DNA from: Botryllus schlosseri
Lineage: Eukaryota
Direction of reading: 5' to 3'
Assembly: GCA_051294905.1 (NCBI GenBank)
Contig: CM119372.1
Location: 30,196,001 to 30,256,000, forward strand
DNA length: 60,000 bases
In this document: positions 13,256-25,248 of the stretch, piece by piece
Numbering within the stretch: the first letter of the stretch is position 1
How the letters are laid out: each line of letters starts with the position of its first letter
Position numbers and translations under genes: made by a program
The notes under the pieces: model-generated
What the model saw: the letters and a program-made list of their open reading frames with translations, nothing else
What the model was told of the DNA's origin: nothing
The model's database searches: none

Positions 13256-14784
13256 AGGCCCATTTACATGGCGGTTTAAGTCAGCTTCGAAGCTGACTCG
13301 TCGATCCGACTCTCTCGTATTCGATGAAAAGAAAAAGGCAAACTGCTTCAAGTCGACTCGAGCCTCAAGCTGTCGTGTAAGGTGGTTTACGATCGGCTTG
13401 AGCATTGGGCGATTTTCGTTCGTCGGCTCTGTGTTTTGCCGCGCGGGCTCTTGGCATCGTAATACATGTTTTTCATCTGTTGTTGAGAAATTGGGCAAAC
13501 ATGGCAAGAAAAAGTGGGTTTACTTTGTAAGTGCTCGCATGTTTACGATGGTATATATGTAATACACCAGTACCGGTGTAGCAACCGTGCTATTTTATGA
13601 CAGTTTTACTAGCGATTCCCTATGTGTTCTTTGATATTTGGCTGCAACGCTTCGATCTGTAGTATCCTAGTTGCTTTCATCAGCTACATAAAATAGCGAA
13701 CAAGGTAAAAAACGTTATATCTGTATTTCTACTTCTCAGACTACAGTTCAGAAGATATGTGGATTGTACCGGTCTTACAATTCGACTACGACGTGTATAG
13801 TGAACCGATTGAAGAAGCGCCTGTGCAGTGTGCAAGTGCATTGTGCAATGTACATTGTACAGTACATCGATGCGGGAAGACATAAACGATGCCTGCATTT
13901 CGTACATACTGTTTCACTGGCTGAATTGATGCGAGTGCGCGTATGATGGGATGGAGCTGGTGTTTCTCCCGGGAGGATGATGTGGAGATTTGTCACTCTC
14001 CTGGTGATGATGCAGGGCAGCGGTGTTAGGGATTATTGCTTTGTTTCTAGTTCTGTTGGGTTAGTGTTCTGCTGATATGATGTGGTCGTGCGGGTGTTCA
14101 CGATTTTCAGCTTGCCGTTTCGATATTGTTGGTTTTGAGATTGTATATTCATGGTAGCCTATGTGTTTGTTGTGAGGGTGCTGAAATTATCACTTATCTC
14201 AAAGTTTAATTGGTGGGTAGCAATTTAGTAGTAGTGCTCTATATTGCTTCAATAAAGTGTCTACAGTAGTCGGTGCATATTGAGTATACTATACATGAGG
14301 AAGTCTGTTACAGAGGAGCGGCCAACCAACTAGAGGTCACATGCGGTTTGCAAGTGGATCTCTTGAGTGTCAATGACCTTATTTTAATCGCATCGACAAG
14401 TGATGCCCAAAATATCAAAACAGTCGTCATACTCCCGGCCACTCCACGACGCCGAAAAAGCTAGCTGATAACTTATACTTGTTGTTTTCCTCTACAATCA
14501 TGATATGAACAAGATTCTTTTCCTCTACAAATATCGATATTATTAGTATGTCATCATCCTCGTTAATTTTGTCGATAAGAAACGTTTCAGAGTACGTCCA
14601 AACACACATTTGTCGTTGTACCGTAGCCCGCCAGACTTACTACGAATACATATTTGTAAGGGGCAAAGCGAAACCCGGTCATCCACGATACAGCTTTGTG
14701 AAGGATCATGTAAACAGGGCCCTTTTACGAGTCAGCTCGGAGACGACTTGAACGCCAAGTCGAGTCGAACATGTAACCAGGCCT
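13256..14784. mobile_element. PIF/Harbinger-like element (decayed)
   Basis: Imperfect TIRs AGGCCCATTTACATG / CATGTAACCAGGCCT flanked by CAT on both sides; interior degraded, includes a probable old LINE 3' end (about 13690-14280, minus). Confidence 0.45.
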
Positions 14785-15377
14785 CATGATCATTCCACAA
14801 AATCTCGATGCCTTACAATACAGAATTGAATTTTCAGGATTCCATCATGTTATGTAAAGAAATGAGGAAGATACATACACTTCACAGATAGAACATTTAC
14901 GAATACATAATTTAATCCTCAAATCCCTAATTCATGTGTAGCCTATATAACCGAAATAATGATGGAGGCATTTGAAAAAAGTAACATTAATATGCAACTG
15001 TACAGAACTAGACCAATGCAAAAATAACCAGGTGGACAACAAAAACAGTTTATGCGTGATTTGTTAAGCAATAACAGTGCTAGATATCAAATTTTGTCAT
15101 CTTCAACTTGGGAAAAGTATTTGGATGATGTCCTTAATAATGCAGCAGTACACTCGCTTTCGTTGGCTAAAGAATGGCCAAATACGACCCGAACGATGCC
15201 GTATCTACTCTTGATGAAATCTGCCTTGTTTAGCTGTTTGTCCATCTTTGCTTGCTCTTGCCCGAATCATTGGTAGGATGGGGAACATTCTTTTTCCGTA
15301 ATTTTATATGATATCAAGGTGTCACCAAATTCATTAATATCTGTAGTGCAGAATAAGGATTCGGCTATTTGACCGTA

Positions 15378-16742
15378 CCTGTCCATGGTTATTAAATGCA
15401 TACATGGTTATCGAGACTCAAGAATTTTTTGGTTTTCTAAGTTGCTGTTCCTTCAGCACAAGAATCTATCCATTTTCGCATTTTAGGCAAGAAATCATTT
15501 TCCAGTCAGTCCAAGCGTGAATCGTCTGGACTGCAATATGGCTTCAATTCGGCGTTGTAGCTGAACTTGGTAGATGTATTCATAATGTCGAACCACTTGT
15601 AAATACCTGCAAACCATGCAGAAGCTTCTTTACCGTCACCTCTCCTGCTCGCATAATACGCGCAACACTATCAGACAGAAGCTGAGCTGCAAAAATCTCC
15701 TGCATCTTTGCCAAGCTTTGCATACGAAAATGTGCATCCGTCAATTTGACGCATCTCAATTCCGTCAGTTCAAACAGCCGTAAAATGCTGCCATCGAATA
15801 AATTTACCATCCTTGTTGAGAAGTTTCGTACCACCAGTGCGGCTGGCGTAGAGGTTGTTGCGTACGCTCTTGGAACATCTTGGGATTTGCACTGAGTCCA
15901 TCAGCAACAAACGCAGCTCCCCGAAATCCACAATCCACCAAGATGCCGACACATTTCCAGAATATAGGCCTGCTCGAAAGTCGAAATGAAGCCACCGACT
16001 TTGTTGCGCAGTATGCCAAGGGTTTGGAAACAGACGTTACCAGGCCACTGGCATAAACTTGAAGAGCGTGTGTAGCTGGTTCATCATCATCTACATTCTA
16101 CAGGTCTCAACTCCCCAAGATCAACGAATCCTACCATTCCGTCTTTCGTTGTACTGAATACAATATTCTCTTTCACTGAAAATGCAAAAAATCAGAAGTA
16201 GTTAGACACATGAAACATCACCGTGAACAGCATTGCTGAAATATTCGCGATGAAGTTTTCGACACAGCTATAAAGTCATGAGAACACAATCTAGCCAATT
16301 TACAGGCAAATTTAAGGTTGGAATTGCTCCAATTTGCAAATTGATCGATTTGTGTCCTATACGCAAGAGCAAATGCATTAGACATTAAAACGAAACTCGT
16401 TTCATCAGCTTACCAGTCAACTACCATGGGAATCAAAATATATAGTCAAGGTAGCCCACCACTCTGTAGTGCTTATGCAATGATGAAGAGTAGGCTACAG
16501 TATAGAATCATTTCCTCACCGTTCAACAAATCAGATGACGCGAATGAAGTTCGCAAATCTTTAAATCGTCTTTTTTTGTACAATTGATCCAGCCACGATC
16601 TTGACGCATGCTCCTTATAAATTTCTCAAGGTTTTCCGCCGATTCATATTTGGCGCCAGTGCAAAAACGTTTTGCTGGAACGTTAAACAAATGCGCATTG
16701 GCAGAGGTTTTAGCACACCCTGGTATGCAACACTATCTCACA
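15378..16742 (-). pseudogene. THAP-domain P-element (THAP9-like) transposase relic with introns
   Basis: Minus-strand fragments: CCIPGCAKTSANAHLFNVP...ICELH (THAP C2CH, about 16520-16740); NLQIGAIPTLNLP (AVPTIF box, about 16300-16357); KENIVFSTTKDGMVGFVDLGE; EPATHALQVYASGLVTSVSKPLAY; IFWKCVGILVDCGFRGAAFVADGLSANPKMF; KSVRNNLYAS...KFIRWQHF; KLTDAHFRMQSLAKMQEIFAAQLLSDSVA; KWFDIMN...KPYCSPDDSRLD*LENDFL. Multiple stops and frameshifts. Confidence 0.85.
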
Positions 16743-16849
16743 TCTGACGCAACCAACTATTCATCAATCAACTATTAGTGAGAAAAAATATAAGAGTTAT
16801 AAATATTATAGTAGCCTTCCATAAAATTGCTTTCTGTTAAATGGGTCTC

Positions 16850-17097
16850 ATCGAATTTTCAGGTTGGGCACCCACCAGCAATAAGATTACTCACAAAAGC
16901 ATCTTAATCAGTTTCGCTTTCAAGATATCAGATGGCGTAATTGATGCTTACAAATGTTCGAATCTCAATCTGTCCTAATTTTCCAAGCTTTTTTACGCTC
17001 ATCCACAGGTGCAAAAACCTAAGCAGCTAGTCAGTACCTGAATATTGCGCATTGGCGGAAGTTTGATTAGACCTTAGTATGCAGTACTGTCTCACTA
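16850..17097 (-). pseudogene. Second, more decayed THAP zinc-finger relic
   Basis: Aligns by eye with the THAP segment at 16520-16742 (gtgagacagtactgcatac...ccgccaatgcgca vs gtgagatagtgttgcatac...ctgccaatgcgca); residual ICKH and NLIAGGCPT motifs. Confidence 0.55.
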
Positions 17098-18294
17098 TGC
17101 TCGCAAAACCTGTTAACAATCAACCAACAAACGAAAAAACAGTGGAGTAACTGCCAGCAAAGGTGATAGCAGTACTCCACCACGGTCAACATTACTCAAT
17201 GAAGTGTATGCAGTCAACCTTATCCGCGCACACGCTGATTTCGGCGGGAGTAAACCTTACAGCGTTAGGGGGCGTGGCAGTTTCCAATCATTGTATATAT
17301 ATCATTGGCCGGTATGGAAGGAATATAATTCACACTTCAAGTGTGCAGCGGTAAACAACATACGATGACTTATGACACCACAATCACTCCAAGCTCAAGT
17401 GCTGACGAACCTGGCAATGCTAGGTAGAAGAAACGTCACGGTGAAGCCGCGTGACATTCAAGCGCAATTAGATTGGATGCTGACACCAATCTCTCTGGCC
17501 GACCGATGAAAGGAGAACAATCGATCTTCTTAATTCGAGAGCGATCAGTTTTTGTACATCAGCGGTGCCGCTTCACTGTAGTGTCAAAGCGGGTATATTC
17601 ACTTCTCTCCTGCACTGTCTTCGCCTGGTTCGGCATTGAACATACACACTTTTGTTGACTGGGAAAGGGCACCTCTCTACCGACCCAATTACATGTTTAA
17701 CAGTAATTGTAATTGTAATTGTAATTTGATATTTTTAGCATTGAGTAATTGTAATTGTAATGTAATTGAAACATGCAAGGAAGTAATTGTAATTGTAATT
17801 GTAATTGAACTGAATTAATGTAATTGATCCTACTCTGGAGCACACTGCTGGTGACACGCCGTGTTGCTTCATTTTGATAATGGTGTCCATATCACGATTT
17901 TTCGTAATGCGCTTCTTGATATAAAAACCATGCAATGCCCACGCACTCTTGCTTCAGTTAGGATATTGCGGTTGCGGTACGTTGAGCATAAGACCATGTC
18001 AACCTATTTGTTTCATTTGAATGTTTATGATTCACAATGAGCAGACAATGCTGGGCCGTCTACAACGGTAGGCCTAAAGTAGGCTACAAGCTCTAAAATG
18101 TCAAACGATAAGCTCACCGACAGTTAGTGCAAAATCTACGATACAAACGAAATGCAGGTTGCAAGAAAATGTTGACTTTGTAAACAATTTTAACAATTTT
18201 TCACCTAACGCTACAATTTTGACCTAATTTTACTTTTTTGACATGTCAAAAATAAATCGCCCTAGATATGTCATCAAATTCACGAGAACCAAGA

Positions 18295-19857
18295 TTAATG
18301 CGATTTGTGCATTTTGAAATGTCCAATAAGAAGAAGGACTGTGCACAATACCGAAAACACAATCAAGGAATATATGCTCCAAAACGTACACGCTAGTATG
18401 GACATTAGTTGAGCAATCATGCTGCCGGAGTGATGAGACAACGTAAACATGGCATAAGCGGAATCGTTATCAGAGTAATATACCACGGGAACGGTGAAAA
18501 GAATGGTTCGGCCAACAGCATGAGAAGCGCCCAACAGCAGCGCAATCACGTACGGCATGTACAACGTTGCGAAAGTAGGCATCCATGTCAGAGCTAACAC
18601 AAGACCAATGCAATCAAGCAGTGACCCGATAATTGAAAGGTGCCAAAGCGATATATATTCGTGACGCCAAGTAATTATGAAACAAGTTAAGCACGACATG
18701 ACATCAACGATAGCTATCATAGAACTCACATTTCGAACTCCCAAAGTGCATGCCACATACGATCGAGAAAAACTGGACCGAACAAATCCCAAAAACATTC
18801 CAAACCACAGACCACTCGGCAACATAAAGAAATTCATCGAATTCGCGAATACATCGCGCAAAGCAGTAGATGAATTTTTGAATAGGTCACGAAATTTTCG
18901 ACTCTGCTGATGTATTCCGCGACTTCGCTCATCTGCATTGTCATCTATTAAGTATTGATTTTCTCCGCGTGCGGTACTTTGGTCTCTTGGCAATATGAAA
19001 TAATGCATAAACATCCCACATGCAGCCAGCACAGCCAATATGCAAATGAGAACGCTGTAGCTTAGCCACGTAGGAGTCAATCTTCCGAATATTGGCCCAT
19101 TGCTTTCATACTCGTACTGTATCGAACAATCACGAGCCGCGCATTGCGTAATGTCCGTTTCGTTCAATGCATTCAAACCATAGTTAAGATTTCGAAGGAC
19201 AGCTTCTGGTATGAGATTCGCCAAACCCTGTCCTAGTGTTATAATTGTGAGAAACCGGCTAACTTTTTTCTCCCCGTCTTTCGTCGACGTGCTTTCGCTG
19301 CCTGTTGGAAAGGAAGCGGCTACTGAAAACGCACCGACCCAAAACGACGAATCGACTAATCCGAACAATATACTGGTCGGAATAACACTTTGCCATCCGC
19401 TGTACAAACTACCGACGATGAAGACGATGCATACAAAATCCCCCATGAGCAGAAAACGCCTTGTCCCGATTGCTCGTACAACAAAAGGGTATGCGAGTCC
19501 GCTGAAGACAGCACCCACATGGTACAGAACCATGGAGATTGGCCCGACGCCCCCTTTCACCTGCACGGTACTTTTCAGAGTAAACAAGCAAAGTTTCGGT
19601 CCGATGACCATGGCAGTAGCGACTGCGTAGATGTACAAATTTCTATTCGACATCAGCAGTTTCGTTGCACAAGGATCTTCACTCTGCAGCAACACCAAAG
19701 ACAAATATTGAATACCTTCTGTGTATTGTATATGTTTTAGTTCAGGTGACGTACGTATAATATAGGAAGCAGCTATCGATTCCAGATCGTCACGTAGCGC
19801 ACAAGTCCGTGTTGACTTCACTTTTGCACAGCGTTTTCGTGGCACCATTTGGCTCAT
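18295..19857 (-). CDS. UNC-93-like (UNC93A-type) MFS membrane protein, single coding exon
   Basis: 520-aa ORF with many hydrophobic segments; motifs KSTVQVKGGVG, VRAIGTR, WQSVIPTSILFG, CAARDC and YVACTLG parallel UNC93A. True start may be the ATG at 19653 (MSNRNLYIYA, 452 aa). Confidence 0.88.
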   Translation of the reverse strand: MSQMVPRKRCAKVKSTRTCALRDDLESIAASYIIRTSPELKHIQYTEGIQYLSLVLLQSEDPCATKLLMSNRNLYIYAVATAMVIGPKLCLFTLKSTVQVKGGVGPISMVLYHVGAVFSGLAYPFVVRAIGTRRFLLMGDFVCIVFIVGSLYSGWQSVIPTSILFGLVDSSFWVGAFSVAASFPTGSESTSTKDGEKKVSRFLTIITLGQGLANLIPEAVLRNLNYGLNALNETDITQCAARDCSIQYEYESNGPIFGRLTPTWLSYSVLICILAVLAACGMFMHYFILPRDQSTARGENQYLIDDNADERSRGIHQQSRKFRDLFKNSSTALRDVFANSMNFFMLPSGLWFGMFLGFVRSSFSRSYVACTLGVRNVSSMIAIVDVMSCLTCFIITWRHEYISLWHLSIIGSLLDCIGLVLALTWMPTFATLYMPYVIALLLGASHAVGRTILFTVPVVYYSDNDSAYAMFTLSHHSGSMIAQLMSILACTFWSIYSLIVFSVLCTVLLLIGHFKMHKSH

Positions 19858-20783
19858 GTCCCTGACCGAGCTTATGTGAATCTACACAATGTCACCCCAC
19901 AATTATAATTATACTTTCTCTGTTTCAACAAACAGCTGCTTTGGCGCGTGTTGCTATTTTCATAAGCATAATAAATTTCCCATTATATTTGCTCAGCGTC
20001 ACTCAAAATAAAGTGTTGACTGGTAATCGCGTCGAAATCCGACGCTAATGCAATAGCGCCAAAGAAGTTTATGGAATTTCTAGGTCAAATGGAGATTGCA
20101 ATCCGGTCCGGTTTCCGGGCATTTGTATGTCGCTCGAATCTGGCCAATCACACCCCTAAAGCCGTTTTACGACAACGACAGTGGCACGCATAGGTATATC
20201 ATCATCCGTTCCGGACACTGTGTGTGCAGAGAACCTATGGTATTGACCGCACAATTCCGCACTCGTCAATTCAACATAGTTGTTGTTGTTTGTGGTAATT
20301 AAGGTGTTTGTTGACTACTGTGGTCATTTACACCAGACCAGTATTTCTTATTTTTTGAAGAAATGTCCTCTTTTCCTCCTTTTTAGTCTAAAATGCCCAA
20401 AAAGACCACAAAAGACGTTAAATTTTGGCCTAAAAGATAGACGACGGGTTGCGCTGGAGTCAAATGTGAAAAATCGTCTTTTTTTTAACTTAACACAAGG
20501 TTTCCAGTAAATATTTGAAAATCAGCTGTTTTCAATTTTGTTAAACTAACTTTTATGATTCGATTCTAAAATATGGTAACCCTATGATATGTGACCCTAC
20601 GCCATTCGTAAGTGTCGCATGCTCATTGCTCAAGTGTCGTTTGATTTTGTGTCGCATTCACATTTGTCCACGGACCAGGCTAAGTACCGGTAATGAAATA
20701 ATTGCGTAGTTCCTAGTAAGATGTGTAATGTGGTAGATTTTTGTTTTTGAGTTTTCCCTGAAGGCTCGCAGATTAGCGTCGGG

Positions 20784-21146
20784 CAGAGGTGGCAAACACA
20801 CAGCCCGCGCGTCGCATCCGGCCCGCCAGACGATTTCATCCGGCCCGCGAAGCAATTCTGAGTAGATTGAAACATTTTTCTATTTTCCAGCACATTTGTA
20901 ACAAATGTTGATATTTTTTGCAGGATATACTTCCATGTTAATAGGCCCCATTATAACCACCCTACTACGACGCTGTGGTTTCACTCTAGTCACCAGTCAC
21001 CACTAGTAACATCAAGTCGGTGAAATTGACATCTAATTTCAAGAAGGGTAAAAGTGCAAGAGCACGAGGTAACATTTTAGAATCAGTTGACTGGTCCGGC
21101 CCGCGAGCGATTTGAAGGCTTGAATCCGGCCCGTTTGACACCCCTG
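20784..21146. mobile_element. Charlie/MER5-like hAT MITE
   Basis: CAGAGGTGGCAAAC...GTTTGACACCCCTG with CGGCCCG subterminal motifs; degenerate TSD GCGTCGGG / GTGTAGGG. Confidence 0.7.
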
Positions 21147-22154
21147 GTGTAGGGCATACCTGGGCATTTTACGGCCAGCGGGCTCAACTCGGACGGCGAA
21201 AAGTTGCTTGAAATTTTGAATTATACAATTGCATGTGTAGGCTACTATTTAAAACTGGGAGCCATTTAAATTGAACCGGAAATGCGTTTTCTTTGAAGGC
21301 TGTTTAGTGTTTTGTTTTGTGTTTATTCATGCACCGTGATTACGTAGCCCACGTTCATTGTATGCGACATGGGTAATCAAAATTCAAAATGAAGTCGATA
21401 TGACATGGGTTAATTTAAGTCGAGATTATGATATAAACAAGCAGTTACGCGGCTGAGGCTGCGAGGAGGCGAATTTCGAAAAACCTGCCAGCGAAACTAC
21501 CAAAACAACAAATATTTTTCACCAAGCCACACAGCGCTCGACATGTAGTGACCAAGCTGTAATATCCCATACATTTTGGTGTCGTAATAGAGGACGTGTC
21601 TGCGGGTTGGTGTGATTAAAAAGAGTTATCAAGTATTCTTGTTTAAACCGTTGTTTTGAATACCGGTAATTGCGTGGGATAACTATTATTTTTGTGCGTT
21701 AACTCTAACTTCCTAATTGCCAAATAGTAATACATCCACTCAGTTGCTTGTGTTAACAAAGTGACTTTTGACTTAGCTCGCCAATTTATTTCCTGCTTCT
21801 TATTTTCAGAAAAATAATTGCTGAGAAAATAAATGTTGAGAACCGTACTGAACAGGATTTCATTCTTGTGGGCAACACATTAATTTTTATTTTATCGGAA
21901 ATATCAAACATAGCATCGACATTTCAAAAGAACATAGGATTTCGAGTTTGAAATGAGAGGGATTAAGGCCCCAAAAAACTCACCCGCTGGCCACCCACGC
22001 CACTATTAGCAGTGATGACTCTGAGCTAGCAATGGCTGCACAAACATCAATTCAACAGAACACCGGTATCTATAGATTCGTCTTGTGCAAAATGACGACA
22101 CGTTCTTTCTACTTGTTCAGCAACTAATATTTTTTAAATGTGCAATTAGAACTG

Positions 22155-22678
22155 GTGACTCGACTTGACTCGAGTCATTTTTGAAATGCATAAAATGACT
22201 CGACTCGAGTCAGTTTTTTTATTGACCCGACTTGTGCTCGGGTCATAGGCTAGTGCATAACTCGAGACTACGACGGCCAAGACAGACATATCATTGTAAC
22301 TTTAAAGAGTAGGCCTAGTAAAGTTACCACATGCTTGGTACTTCGCAGGCCTATATCAGTTCTCATACTTGGAAATATGACCATAAACTGTTGAAGCTGA
22401 GGAATACGATATTCGGAATTCGAGCCATTCTATATCACTCGCACAGAGTTATAAAAGTGGCTTGAACCGGATTGAATTGAAAATTGAATAGTGAACTTAA
22501 TGACTTGGACTCGGACTCGAGTCAAAACACTATGACTCGGACTCGACCCTCTACTAGCTGACTTGGACTCGCAATTGACTCGGTGGTGAATTGAAAATTA
22601 CTCGACATGACTCGAGTCAAAACGATGAAAGTGGGATTGACTTGTGACTCGGAACCTTGTGACTTGGTTACAACCCTG
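22155..22678. mobile_element. GACTC-array hAT MITE, left end lost
   Basis: Right end GGTTACAACCCTG and body match 54772-55362. Confidence 0.8.
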
Positions 22679-23317
22679 CCCCATTCACCAAAGAATTGTT
22701 TGAAGCTGGCCCAGTATTATTATATCATATTATTCCCCACAATAGTGGAACTAAAACATGAATCACACAGTGGATGCGCCGTGGATTAGATCATTGTGTT
22801 TCGCGACGCGAGTGGGGAAGCGGACGATCGTAATGACAACAGTTTTATCCTGCCGACAGGGCCGTAACTGCCACACCCGAACCCCCAAATGGGGGAGCTC
22901 CTAGCGGCCCAAAATTATTTCGTTGGTCGTTTTTTGGAGGATATTTATTTAATTTGGAAATTTTCGTCGCGCTTGGCGCGATTTCATGTCCCGAGAGTTC
23001 TACATCTAATTATTATCAGTTAGAAATATATGCGCATATTTGAGAGAAATTGGCATATTGGGGCCGTTGAATACCACGCATTGAACAGGACTATGACTCC
23101 AAAATAAGAGGTGGGTCACAGAACATTTTCAAACCGGAAAATGGGCCACAGGCAAAGGAAGGATGAGAACCCCGCCTCTTGGCCAAGGTGGGTGTCTGAT
23201 TTCAAAGACCACTCGAAGTCGTTTCGACACCTTCCTATCTTTTCATTATGTATCGCAGTTTTGTGGTGTTTTGAAGTGATAAAAACATTATTATACTGAT
23301 ACTGATATAGCGTGCTC

Positions 23318-23568
23318 TGTCGTGGGCGCAAGTTCTTCCTGGTCCGCGGCTCGGTGTAGATAACGTTGACACGTTAGCGTAAGTCTTTTATTAAAACAAC
23401 TTAAAACAAGACGATGTTCGTCCGACGGAGACTAAAATACGACTGCTCCTCGGAAGGCGACTGACACAACAGAGTGCGACACAACAAGAGGTGGCCGATC
23501 CTGCGAATCAGCGATGGTAACAGTAATCAATCGAGGCAATAAGAGTAATCAATGAGCGGTACGCTACA
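23318..23568 (-). mobile_element. Possible solo LTR
   Basis: Minus strand runs TGTAGCG...AATAAA...CGACA over 251 bp; no TSD found. Confidence 0.35.
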
Positions 23569-23672
23569 AGGATACTGATTCTAAGATATATTCAAATAGA
23601 CAAATACAGTACCTTTGTTTTATGTAATTTTGTAGATGATGTTACTGCTATAGCTGTGCGTTACCGCTCTAG

Positions 23673-23880
23673 ATCATCATCATTGGTTTATTAGCAATTT
23701 TATCAGTTCAATACACCACAAAAAATGCGATACAATGAATAGACAGGAAGATGTCGAAGCGACTTGGATTTGTCAATGGAATCGGACACCCACCTTGGCC
23801 TAGGCGTAGTAAAGAGGAGGCATGCACACTGAATGAAAGTAAAGAATACAGTATAGAAAAAGAAAGCGACAAAGATAGGC
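23673..23880 (-). mobile_element. LINE 3' tail fragment
   Basis: Near-identical to 24220-24430; (ATG)n tail preceded by AATAAA on the minus strand. Confidence 0.8.
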
Positions 23881-24219
23881 TATAGGTCTACGTCATGAGC
23901 TTCTGTTGTGGTTCCGGAATAATCCCGTGTTGTGTATTGCAGTTGATTGAGTTCTGAAGTAGCAAAGTAGCGTAACCTGGTTGATTGTAGGTAATTGCTG
24001 CGCTATACATAACTTGAACGTCAACTCTTCTTGTAAGTCCTTGAACCAAGAGATTTCTCATTACATATTTTATTCGTTGTTGTTTTCAGTAGGTAGCGTA
24101 AAATGAGTCAGGTAATCTGGTTCTATACGAGACAGGCTCGATAGTTTTGCAGTCTCTCGAACGAGAGAGTGGCTTCGTGCAATATTGCGTATAATTAGTA
24201 GGCCTATTTAATATCGCAC

Positions 24220-24735
24220 CATCATCATCATCATTGGTTTATTAGCAATTTTATCAGTTCAATACACCACAAAAAATGCGATACAATGAAAATAAAGGAA
24301 GATGTCGAAGCGACTAGGAGTTGTCTATGGAATCGGACACCCACCTTGGCCTAGGCGATGTAAAGAGGAGGCATGCACACTGAATGAAAGTAAAGAAGAA
24401 ATGATAGAAAAAGGAAGCGACAAGAAATAGGGCGGCATGTCATGGGAAGCGAGATCGATAGGTCAGTCGTGGTCCGGTAATCTTGAGGATGGACTGTATT
24501 TATTTAGTAGTAACTGCTTGTATTTCGACTTGAATGTGGACATGCTCGTCGACTGCCGGATGGCCGGCGGGATACTATTCCACACATCAGGTCCGGCATA
24601 TTTGATGGAGCGATGATCTTTTCGGTCGATCATATAATATTTGGACGACGTGGACGCGCGTGTGTTGTAGGCTACTTGTGCGCATGTATATTGTGTAGTA
24701 CGGGATGTATTTATGTTAAACTCCATGCTAAATAT
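24220..24735 (-). mobile_element. 5'-truncated CR1/L2-group LINE
   Basis: ORF2 C-terminus YNTRAS...RSIKYAGPDVWNSIPPAIRQSTSMSTFKSKYKQLLL, 3' UTR, AATAAA and (ATG)n tail; near-identical copy at 58128-58552. Confidence 0.85.
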
Positions 24736-24821
24736 TGGTTGGCTGTTGTGTTAACTTAATACCTTAGGTTGCCGAGCAACTGCAGTATATATTTTACGTT
24801 TCGTATTCGATGGTTAGGCAA

Positions 24822-25248
24822 CAGAGATGAGCGGATTTGAAATTTCTATGTCCTAATCCAATCCAAATCCGAACCTTCAAATCCAAATCCAAATCCTAAT
24901 CCATAACTTTTTCATATTCAAGTCCATGTCCAATCCTAATCCGATTCCAACTGGAAATTCAGAAAAAAAAATAATTTATGCAATGGAGGGATTCGAAAAT
25001 TTTATTTCACAACCAACGATTCACTTGATTCAAGATAACTTAGTAACCATAAGTACATTAATAACTGATCTGAATAAAGTTTGTCGCCATTCGCCACACG
25101 ACATTTCAATCTCCCAGAAAATCGTTCAATCCAATCCAAATCCTAATCCGTTCTGAAAAAAATGTCTAATCCAAATCCAATCCAAATCCGACAAAATTTA
25201 ACAAATCCTGTTTTTTCAAAACCTAATCCTAATCCATGCTCATCTCTG
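24822..25248. mobile_element. hAT MITE with AATCC arrays
   Basis: CAGAGATGAGC...GCTCATCTCTG; perfect TSD TTAGGCAA (24814-24821, 25249-25256); partial reverse copy at about 55518-55650. Confidence 0.9.

Larger units (their letters stand above)
7001..17837. mobile_element. hAT-type element with GTAATT subterminal arrays enclosing about 10.8 kb of nested elements
   Basis: TIRs CAGAGTTGGATCAATT / AATTGATCCTACTCTG (15/16 match); TSD GAGTACAC (6993-7000) vs GAGCACAC (17838-17845); GTAATT arrays at about 7015-7200 and 17686-17826. Confidence 0.8.
6528..18264 (-). mobile_element. Non-autonomous hAT element (TAGGGCGATTT TIR), split by a 10.8-kb nested insertion
   Basis: TIRs TAGCGCGATTT / AAATCGCCCTA; TSD GATATGAC (6520-6527) vs GATATGTC (18265-18272). 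Own sequence is 6528-7000 plus 17838-18264; rejoined minus strand reads as a hAT C-terminal relic (IIKMKQHGVSPAV...[25 protein letters not shown]). Second copy at about 35004-37749. Confidence 0.85.

Noticed and set aside
18409..19740. Plus-strand ORFs of 62-139 aa opposite the UNC93-like gene, and most other short ORFs in the track
   Set aside because: Shadow or repeat-derived ORFs with no recognisable protein features.
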